64,000 nucleotides of DNA from positions 84,118-148,117 of IMG/VR virus record IMGVR_UViG_3300021426_000004. One strand, given 5' to 3'. This document shows positions 31,006 to 39,104 of the stretch, piece after piece (within the stretch, counting starts at the first letter, position 1; each line of letters opens with the position of its first letter). The notes under the pieces were generated by a model that was not told the origin of the DNA, searched no databases, and saw only the letters and a list, made by a program, of their open reading frames with translations. Position numbers and translations under genes: made by a program. Source of the DNA: a virus. Its lineage: Duplodnaviria > Caudoviricetes.

Positions 31006-31429
31006 ATTGTCCATTAGGACAGCTTTGTATAATCAGCACAAAGTAAAATAAGCTGATTGGCACAGTGAACGTGACTGTTAAAAATATGCCTGACCAGCAT
31101 ATGCCGTATTAAAGCGTGCGGTTAACGCAATCAGCCTACGCTGTGGCCGTTGATAACGGGGCTCTTATGTCTTGCAGGTAGGTATAAACCGAGTGTCTGG
31201 GCCGATGCTACTCATGCCCAGCCGAAACGCACAAAGACTTGCGCCCAGAGTAGGGGTAGGTGAACGGTAACCTGAGAGGCTGCCGACACGAAGAAGCAAG
31301 TTGCCGGATTTACATCCCTGCGGTTTTCCGGCTTTATGTCATTATCTCTAGCCTGCTAATAACGGACAGTGACTTTCAGCCAATGCCCCCTGAGCGGGCC
31401 GTAGAAGGGGGATTGGCACTTAATGATAA

Positions 31430-31732
31430 ATGAGGTATGTTATGTTTAATATAGGTGATCATGTAAGAATAAAAGAAGATGCTGATAAGATAGAATCAGG
31501 CTTTTGTTACTTTGCTGAAAGTATGAAATCATTCCTTGGACATGAAGATACTATTTGCGGAGAACCTAAGGATGGAGTTTATGCTCTTAGTAATTGTAAA
31601 AGTAGCTATATAAACTATGGACAATATGCTAATTATTACTGGTTCGATGAAAATTGGTTAGAACCAGCAGATAATATTGATTTCAGCCTCGAAGAAAATG
31701 AAATAATTGAAATGATTAAAAAGGAGGTGTAA
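31430..31732 (+). CDS. Hypothetical protein, likely paralog of 26224-26529
   Basis: Both share F..(G/N)D.VR.K...F...M..(F/Y).G...WLEPA and an acidic tail. Confidence 0.7.
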   Translation: MRYVMFNIGDHVRIKEDADKIESGFCYFAESMKSFLGHEDTICGEPKDGVYALSNCKSSYINYGQYANYYWFDENWLEPADNIDFSLEENEIIEMIKKEV

Positions 31733-31734
31733 AA

Positions 31735-32244
31735 ATGAATAATGTAAAGTATGTAGCATCATGGAGACCAGAATCTGAAAAGTATTATACTGCTGATGCG
31801 CAGAAAGTTGCAGATGAAATTTTCGCTCTTGGAAAGAATCCTGATACAAAGGAAATTCTCGATATGGCAAGGAACGAAAATACTGAAATTCACAAAATTA
31901 TTGATTGGGATGATAATTCAGCTGCTGAAAAATACAGATTGGAACAAGTACGTCATATTCAGAGAGACTTGCAAATAGTTGAAATTGGTCTCAACAAAAA
32001 GGAACCAACTAAGAAATTGGAAGTTCCTGTTCGTATGTTTTATCATTTGCATGGCGAAACTGGCTATCGCCCTACTCCTTTGATAATTCAAGACGAAGAT
32101 TTGCATAAGAAATTACTTCGCACAGCAAAGCTTGAATTGGATTCATATTTAAAGAAATATGCAATTTTAACAGAAATGCATCCTTTGATTGAAGCAATTA
32201 ATAGTAAGCTCATCGAGCTGAAAATTTTTGATGAAGTAAGTTAA
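31735..32244 (+). CDS. Partner gene upstream of the pentamer RNA array
   Basis: 169 aa, AAGGAGGTG RBS; DAQKVADE...AR.E..EIHKIIDWDDNSAAEKYRLEQVR; stop is 6 nt before the array. Confidence 0.8.
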   Translation: MNNVKYVASWRPESEKYYTADAQKVADEIFALGKNPDTKEILDMARNENTEIHKIIDWDDNSAAEKYRLEQVRHIQRDLQIVEIGLNKKEPTKKLEVPVRMFYHLHGETGYRPTPLIIQDEDLHKKLLRTAKLELDSYLKKYAILTEMHPLIEAINSKLIELKIFDEVS

Positions 32245-32250
32245 AATATA

Positions 32251-32932
32251 CCTGTCGGTCTGATTAAGGATGCAATGCATCCTAAAATAGCAAAGTGCAT
32301 CATAACTGAACACAAGTTACGATAGGACATAATAGCACAAAACATTGCATCTTTACTCAGGCCGACAGGCTAACAATAGATCATAACAGTACAACATAGA
32401 TTACTATAACTCATTTTAATACACAATTGTGCCAACTCTGCGGTTGGCATAATTGGAGACTTGTTCTCCGTAGATTAGGATAGGATAGGATAATTTATGA
32501 AATCTTTGCATGGAATAGAACATTACAGTATAAAACAAGTCTTCAATTGTGCTAATCGCACAAAGCATAATACAGGATATTCAAGAATAATACATGACGG
32601 CGTAGGACACAATAATACTACCAATCCATTTGTGTGATTGGTACAATAAGTGGCTTATCAGTCCTAAGATAACATATCGTATTTTAACACATCATAATAT
32701 AGAACATTATTGAAATAAGCTTCTTATTGTGCCAGTGGCACAAATATACAATTGCATAGCCAATAATTGAATAGAACAGGATACATTATTATAAAATACT
32801 ATAACATTAATTGAGTAATTGGTATACTAAGAAGTCTATGACTTCTTAAGTATAGAACATATCGCTCTATAATAGAATATTTCTCTATAGCATAAAATAA
32901 AACACGAATAGACTTCTTGGTGTGCCAATTGC
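32251..32932 (+). ncRNA. Array of seven 5-nt-periodic (AYA-NN) tracts held by long stems; candidate guide-RNA array
   Basis: Near-invariant A every 5 nt; 19-27 bp stems whose deviations are mostly G-U, e.g. 32439-32465/32534-32560 and 32815-32839/32908-32932. Confidence 0.85.
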
Positions 32933-32980
32933 GTAAAGAAAAGATTTAAACAAATAATAAAGATTAATAAGGAGATTATT

Positions 32981-33637
32981 ATGCCGACTAAAGCTAAAGA
33001 AAATGCAAATCTGATTGATATTGAAGCTAAGATTAAAAGGATGCTTGTTACCATTGAAGGTGAAGGCGATCTGATTCTTAATAAAATGAACGCTCGCAAT
33101 GAACGTGCACTGACTGCAGATGATCGTAAGAGCATTAAAGAAGTACCTAATTTCTGGGAAGATGTTATTACTGCAATTCATTGGCGCGATCCTCTTCCTG
33201 TAAAAGACACATATACGGAATGCAATGAAGAACTTATGCATAGTCTACTCAAAGATAACGCTCCGTCTTTAAGTGCGTTTGCGTTGAAAAGAAGTTTCTG
33301 TGATGCTGTTGTTCGTAATGAAATTGATAACTATAAAACAAAATTCGAAAATGCAATTAATGTTACATCTGAAAATGGAAGAGAACTTATTCCTATTAAG
33401 TTTGCAGGTTGGGAGGCCGAAAAGAGGCTTATGAGTCCTAAGCGTGGTAAGCCGATTAATGTTGTTCTGAATCATTTCCATAACTGGTCTGCAAAATTTA
33501 TGGTAACTTATCTGGATCATGTTTATAGTCGAGATGAGATTCTGAATATTATTAATCTTGCAGGATTCGGCCTTGGAATTGGCAGTGGTCGGACAAGCGG
33601 TTATGGTCGTTATCATATTACAAATGTTGAAGTGTAA
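32981..33637 (+). CDS. Stand-alone Cas7/RAMP-like RNA-binding protein
   Basis: VTIEGEGDLILNK first strand, LSAFALKRSFCDA helix, and C-terminal G-loop GLGIGSGRTSGYGRY typical of RAMP proteins. Confidence 0.8.
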   Translation: MPTKAKENANLIDIEAKIKRMLVTIEGEGDLILNKMNARNERALTADDRKSIKEVPNFWEDVITAIHWRDPLPVKDTYTECNEELMHSLLKDNAPSLSAFALKRSFCDAVVRNEIDNYKTKFENAINVTSENGRELIPIKFAGWEAEKRLMSPKRGKPINVVLNHFHNWSAKFMVTYLDHVYSRDEILNIINLAGFGLGIGSGRTSGYGRYHITNVEV

Positions 33638-33927
33638 TATTTTAATTATTGTATGAAAGTGTTTATATCCGGTGCTACAGCGGTTAATCTGTAGTATTTA
33701 TCGAGGATGTAGTGTAACGGTAACATAAAGGATTGTCGTTACGAAGAAGCAAAATGCCGGTTTATATATATATATATGTTTTACCGGCTTTAAACCGAAC
33801 GCCAGAGAGAGTCTGCCATCCTCTCTATCTACGGAGAACGTTATCCGGAAGGCGAGAAGACATGCGGCAGGGCAGAATGTAAGACGTGTCAGCCAGGTTT
33901 ACACACAATGCGGTTTACTGGCGTAAC

Positions 33928-34001
33928 GGGGCATTGGTTCAACGGTAAAACGGTTCCCTTGCAAGGAACGGTTAGCAGTTCGATTCTGCTATGCTCCACC
34001 A
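33928..34001 (+). tRNA. tRNA-Ala(TGC)
   Basis: GGGGCAT/ATGCTCC-A-CCA, G3-U70, GTTCC-CTTGCAA-GGAAC, T-loop TTCGATT. Confidence 0.92.
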
Positions 34002-34097
34002 CAACCGAGGGCGACGTTAGGGCGGTTGTAAAATAAACTCTGAACAAGTCCCTGTCAAAAGCCGGCAAATGTTTGACATACTTGACGTCGTAGTTAT

Positions 34098-34168
34098 CGA
34101 GGATGTGGTGTAACGGTAACACGCGTCGCTTGGGCCGACGAGTAGCAGTTCAACTCTGACATCTTCGA
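34098..34168 (+). tRNA. tRNA-Pro(TGG), apparent 8/4 fold
   Basis: CGAGGATG/CATCTTCG, CGTCG-CTTGGGC-CGACG, short T-stem GCAG-TTCAACT-CTGA. Confidence 0.7.
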
Positions 34169-34279
34169 CTTTAACCGCCGATGAGTGTCGTACGTTTTGG
34201 CCAGCCTTGCGAAAGCAAGTGGGCGGTATATAAATTGAACTCCTTGTCTGTGTGTAGGTGCGACTGCACATAGCTGTAT

Positions 34280-34363
34280 GCGGATATGGCGAAATAGGCA
34301 GCACGCTCGGGTCTTAAAAACCCGTGGGTTAATCCCGTGTGGGTTCAAGTCCCACTATCCGCA
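34280..34363 (+). tRNA. tRNA-Leu(TAA)
   Basis: GCGGATA/TATCCGC, CGGGT-CTTAAAA-ACCCG, long variable arm, GGTTCAAGTCC. Confidence 0.9.
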
Positions 34364-34458
34364 CTGCCTCTGTGCTTTTACCAGATAGCGCAGAGGACAT
34401 CGTTTATAATATCCTTTCTTGCTCCCTGACGGCCGGGAGCATAATAGACCGTCATTTT

Positions 34459-34561
34459 GCTTCTGTAACTTAATGGGAAAGTTTGGAGTGCTCCCTGAGA
34501 TAGTGGGATACAACCGGAACACATGTCAACGGTAATTCAGGTTCGAGTCCTGGCGGAAGCA
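34459..34561 (+). ncRNA. tRNA-like RNA with non-canonical anticodon domain
   Basis: Acceptor GCTTCTG/CGGAAGC, D-stem ACTT/AAGT, T-arm CAGG-TTCGAGT-CCTG, no standard anticodon arm. Confidence 0.6.
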
Positions 34562-34612
34562 CGTTTTCATACATTCAGATTAATAATTATTAAAAGAAAA
34601 GGAAGTGTCACT

Positions 34613-35145
34613 GTGAAAATTACTGGTTGGACAAATTTTGAAACTAACAAATATGAAGATGTCTTTGGTATTCCTGGAAACCCCAGACTTACAAAGAAAC
34701 AGGAAGAAGAAGTAGAAAATATTATCGTCGCTGAAATGAAGAGCAAGGGCTATAAATTCAATGGTATTTATCATCAGCAGGGTGATTTCGGCTGTCCTGT
34801 TATTGATAATAAGTATATATACGCTGTTTCTATGAGAAAATGGGGCAATCTCATGGCAAAGGTATGTGATTTGCCGGATGATGATAAACTCGCATACGTG
34901 ACATGGGCTTGGAGTACACCTGTTGGTATTACGCCTGTTTATCCGGAGGGTTAAATATGAATTCTATAGAAGAACTGGATAAATATTTTGACGTGCATCC
35001 TGAAATGAAAAAATATTGGGAAGATATAAAAGATTATATCATACACCAGCAGGATAAAATTAATTCGTTAGATGATGAGTTATTTGTGACGAGAAATGTT
35101 GGTATCAAACTTACCAGAGAATTGAAAGAACTAAAGAGTAGGTAA
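34613..35145 (+). other. Two hypothetical CDSs (34613-34954, 34957-35145)
   Basis: RBS-preceded ORFs. Confidence 0.65.
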
Positions 35146-35443
35146 TATCAGCTTCGGCTGTTATTATACAAATGGAAGGTAAGCGAATGGCAGACGTGTC
35201 AGAAAGAAAGTTCGGCAATCCGAGAATGCTCAGGCTCCAACGCCTATGCCTGATAAGAGAACACCGAGAGTGTACACAAAAACTTAGCATAAAAGAAAAC
35301 TCGGGCTAATCAAAAGAGCTTTCGCCTTTCTATTTATTATTCCGAGCCTTGCGGGATAAAACAGCTGTTAACTCCGAGGAAGACAAGTACGACGGTAATA
35401 CAGCACACATGAAGTCATGCGATAAAGGTATGGCTTCTCTTAA

Positions 35444-35517
35444 TGGGGATTCATATAACAGTAGTATACGAGACTTTGACTCTCGGAGCGAAGGGGCGGC
35501 ACCTTCATCCCCAGCCA
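35444..35517 (+). tRNA. tRNA-Gln(TTG), atypical T-loop
   Basis: TGGGGAT/ATCCCCA-G-CCA, CGAGA-CTTTGAC-TCTCG, T-loop GGCGGCA. Confidence 0.85.
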
Positions 35518-35573
35518 GATTATTAAATCAATGATTATCATATTAAAAAAATAATGAAATGGAGGGATGACAA

Positions 35574-35897
35574 ATGAGTAACTATTGTATGTACGAAGCA
35601 ATAAAAGGAAATGTTCCTGATTGTGACAGGACATGCCAGGGAGACTGCTGTGCTTATTATTACGTAGATCCTATTGCAAAAATAATAACCGAATGGAAAG
35701 CAGAAGCTGGAGTTACGGCTCCAGTTCTTTGGAAGGTTAATTACTTAAAGAACGAAATCAATATCAGCACTACAAGGCCAGGATTTCTTATTGGTGGACA
35801 CGGAAGACTCATTAATAAATATAAAAGTAAGTTCGATGAAGAGCTGCACGGAAAAATTAAGAACATTGAATTTACAGAATGTGACGATTATGCATGA
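35574..35897 (+). CDS. KH-domain (ribosomal S3-like) protein with Cys-rich N-terminus
   Basis: INISTTRPGFLIGGHGRLI resembles the type-II KH motif of uS3. Confidence 0.65.
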   Translation: MSNYCMYEAIKGNVPDCDRTCQGDCCAYYYVDPIAKIITEWKAEAGVTAPVLWKVNYLKNEINISTTRPGFLIGGHGRLINKYKSKFDEELHGKIKNIEFTECDDYA

Positions 35898-36210
35898 ATA
35901 AGATAGTGAAAGGCCGCGGCAAGCCGCGGCTTATTCGCATAATATTCCTTTTCTTTCCTGCTTTCACGTTCCCAGTATTTTCAGGATAGAAAAAGGAATT
36001 TTATATATACGGGGTGTTGCGTAAAAACTTAATTCAAACCTCGCCAGTTTGAGCCTCATACAATTCAATAGTGAGAATTTAATAATGCCTTGTGCCTTGT
36101 TAAAGACTCACCTCCTATTCATAAAGAGTTTGGATAGCAACTCTTGAAACTCTCGTGCTATCCGCTAACCATCTTATTTAAAAAATTTGATTAAGGAGCG
36201 TGATTAGAAG

Positions 36211-36819
36211 ATGGTAAAGGTTTATGTGACTACGACTGGTGGACGGAAGAGTGATCTGTTTGACGAAGGCACGACGCTGCGTGAAGTGTTTGATGCATTT
36301 GATATCGACTATTCCGTTGCGACAAACACTATCGACGGTACAAGGATTGATCCTGCCGGGATGGACAAGTCTCTTCGTGACTGGGGAGTGAAGGATGAGT
36401 GCCGTATGTCCTCTATTGTTAAGATCGACAATGCGGCTCATATCGACATTTCCGGTGGTTCTGCTGTCCTGGTATCTGATGTCTCCAGGGAAGATTGGGA
36501 ACGTGTTGAGAAGTATGCGCCTGAAATGCTGAAGATGATTGACGATGAAGGTAACGCAGTCTTCAAGGTAAAGATTGGCTGCGGAGGAGGATCTGTTAAT
36601 AAGTATGGTGTGTGCTTCGGTTCTCATACGAATGAAGGCGGCAAGGCGACCGTTACTGTGATTCTGGATTATGAAGTTGAAGATAAGATTGCCGCTGTGA
36701 AGGATGTTATGGGTTCCGCTCTGCTGGATCTGAACGAGATCGAGAAGGAACTGCCGACTGTGCTGAAGGATATTGCTGACAAAGAAGCGGAGATTAACAA
36801 GCTTATTACGCTGAAGTAA
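36211..36819 (+). CDS. Ubiquitin-like (beta-grasp) domain with C-terminal extension
   Basis: First ~75 aa (VKVYVTT...TTLREVF...DKSLRDWGV...IVKIDNA) resemble Ubl; leads the E2/JAB/E1 operon. Confidence 0.65.
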   Translation: MVKVYVTTTGGRKSDLFDEGTTLREVFDAFDIDYSVATNTIDGTRIDPAGMDKSLRDWGVKDECRMSSIVKIDNAAHIDISGGSAVLVSDVSREDWERVEKYAPEMLKMIDDEGNAVFKVKIGCGGGSVNKYGVCFGSHTNEGGKATVTVILDYEVEDKIAAVKDVMGSALLDLNEIEKELPTVLKDIADKEAEINKLITLK

Positions 36820-36895
36820 TCTCCAAAACTAAAGACAACAAGGGGCTGGAACGATTATGATCCAGCCCCTTTTTTAACTAAGGAGATTAAAAAAT

Positions 36896-38338
36896 ATGTT
36901 TCGTGATTTACTTAATAATCCCATCGATCCCATCCCGATTGATTATATCAATACGCTGAGCAGACCGACAAAAGAAGTTGATATGACGTTAACTCATATC
37001 GGTATTGCCATGCTTCGGCCGAGAATTGAAAATTATACTGGCATCACTGGATGCTATCAAACTCTTTCAGAGGAATCAGCTTGTGTAAACGATTTTCTGA
37101 CTAATCAGTATCCGAAACTCGATAATGCACCAATGCTGTGTTATTATGTTTACAGGAATAAAAATGCTGATGGCGCTTCTGAAAAGCTGCTTAAAGAAAG
37201 TGGTTTTGAACTTAAGGAAAACATTTCCACGCTTATGGCTACAAAAGGAAATGTGAAATGTATTGCTGCGTATCATCCTGTAAAGAACTGCGCCGCCTTA
37301 TTTGTGAATTCTAACGATATTCGTTTCTATCATATGTTAATCTCGTTTGTTTCTCTGCTTTGGCCTAGCCTGTTCAAAGATAAACCTTTAACAGAACAGG
37401 ATTATAACATTGTCAAGGCTCTTGGGAAAACCGACAAGAACACTTTTATCCAGCAAATTCAGACAAGCATCGCACCTTACATTGTTGAATTCAGGAAGAT
37501 GATGCTTGCTACACTGCTTAAGAATATTCATCAGACTAAAATCGAAAGCGCAAAGCATGATGTAGCAGGACAGCGTCAGTATGTTGAAAAGGTAGCAAAC
37601 GATTATGATGAAGCTATGAAACGGCTGAAAACCCTCATTGTAACTTATGAAGGACTGAAAGCAACTGAATCTTTCGATGAGGTTGAGGAAGATTTGATTG
37701 AATATCTCTCTACCAAGAAAGAGCTGCATAATCTTAGTGTTGTAGGTCAGGAGATTACTTTCAGCGTTGCAACATTACTGAATAATTACAATGCAGATGC
37801 GTGGAGGATATTCTCTGAACGTGGTTCTATTTATGACGGAGAATATGGTCCGGAAGCGAATCCTTCAAACATTCAGCTTCTTGATGTATTCAAAGATAAA
37901 ACGAATCGCAAGATCTTCCTTGATAATGTGTTCTCTGAATCGCCTGACTTTGCGATTAAGATCGCTGGTAATTACAGGCTTGATCTTTATGGATGCAATG
38001 TAAGGAGCGAAAGAGGATATAATTATATTGCCGCAGATCCTGTTTATACTTCATATATTCCTAATCCGCATCTTAAGATTTTCTCGTGTCTTGGCGGTTA
38101 TGAAACAAGGATTAATCGTGCGCTTCGTGATCGTAATTATGTTGCGGCTGTTGAACTTTGCTGTACCTCTGCAGGTTCTGTAGATCTTGATGAAACTGCA
38201 CAGACATTTCGTCCGTTCCTTGGATGGATTCTGACAAGCCGTGAAAAGATTATGCACAGGCGGGATGGTGTAGATATGACACCAGAAGAAGCGCTGATTT
38301 GGCTGATTGATAAGGAGAAGAAGAATGAAACCAATTAA
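36896..38338 (+). CDS. Coiled-coil protein with putative E2-like C-terminal domain
   Basis: PNPHLKIFSCLGGY resembles the bacterial E2 PH...CLG signature; lies between Ubl and JAB. Confidence 0.55.
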   Translation: MFRDLLNNPIDPIPIDYINTLSRPTKEVDMTLTHIGIAMLRPRIENYTGITGCYQTLSEESACVNDFLTNQYPKLDNAPMLCYYVYRNKNADGASEKLLKESGFELKENISTLMATKGNVKCIAAYHPVKNCAALFVNSNDIRFYHMLISFVSLLWPSLFKDKPLTEQDYNIVKALGKTDKNTFIQQIQTSIAPYIVEFRKMMLATLLKNIHQTKIESAKHDVAGQRQYVEKVANDYDEAMKRLKTLIVTYEGLKATESFDEVEEDLIEYLSTKKELHNLSVVGQEITFSVATLLNNYNADAWRIFSERGSIYDGEYGPEANPSNIQLLDVFKDKTNRKIFLDNVFSESPDFAIKIAGNYRLDLYGCNVRSERGYNYIAADPVYTSYIPNPHLKIFSCLGGYETRINRALRDRNYVAAVELCCTSAGSVDLDETAQTFRPFLGWILTSREKIMHRRDGVDMTPEEALIWLIDKEKKNETN

Positions 38339-39104
38339 AATTACAGAAGAACTGGAAGAAAAGATTCTTTCAGACTTTATTCAGAAATTTCAGAAAGAAT
38401 GGACTCAGTTTAAAGAGAATATGAACGAGACAAAGTTCAACTTCTCTGTTCAGATGTCACAGAAAGCGAAAGAGAAGATTACTGTTCGTTATTCTCAATC
38501 TGCATATCTTAAAATGCAGGCACTTGTAGAGAATTTCGACACAGAAGTCGGCTGGTATGGATTTGTTAAACGTTTGGATGAAAACACATATTATGTTTAT
38601 GATGTAAAAGTCTGTAAGCAATATGTTACAAGCGGAAAGGTTGATACAGAAGATGAAGATACGCTGAAGTTCTTTGATTCTTTGACGGATGAAGAAATTG
38701 AGGATATGCATTTTCAGGCGCATTCTCATGTAAATATGTCTACAATGCCGTCCGGAACCGATCTTCAGAATCAGTCCGATGTTGTCAGAAATATGGGCAA
38801 CAAAGGATTCTATTTGTTCCAGATCTGGAATAAGCGAGGAGATATAAACAGTTTCCTGTATAACCTTGATGAAAACCTTTTCTATGATAGGAATGATATT
38901 GTTACTGAAATTGAAGGACTTGATGAGTTTATCCTATCTGTAGATGATCTGGTTATAGAACAAAAGACATATCCGTATCAATATTCTCCTTATCCTGTTC
39001 CCGTAAATCAAAAAGAGAAGACAACTAAAAAAAACGAAGAAAAAAGTCCGTATCTAAATGATTATTGGGATGGATGCAATTATAACGAAAGGTGGGATTG
39101 GTAA
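38325..39104 (+). CDS. JAB/JAMM metallopeptidase
   Basis: EVGW...HSHVNMSTMPSGTD matches the JAMM E-x-HSH-x7-S-x2-D motif. Confidence 0.88.
   Translation: MKPIKITEELEEKILSDFIQKFQKEWTQFKENMNETKFNFSVQMSQKAKEKITVRYSQSAYLKMQALVENFDTEVGWYGFVKRLDENTYYVYDVKVCKQYVTSGKVDTEDEDTLKFFDSLTDEEIEDMHFQAHSHVNMSTMPSGTDLQNQSDVVRNMGNKGFYLFQIWNKRGDINSFLYNLDENLFYDRNDIVTEIEGLDEFILSVDDLVIEQKTYPYQYSPYPVPVNQKEKTTKKNEEKSPYLNDYWDGCNYNERWDW

Noticed and set aside
32251-32932. CRISPR array next to a Cas7-like gene
   Set aside because: No identical direct repeats with unique spacers; linkers alternate in orientation and the variable parts are 5-nt periodic
32836-33241. Minus-strand ORFs over the array and RAMP gene
   Set aside because: Antisense to a motif-bearing gene with a good RBS; stem G-U bias favours plus-strand RNA
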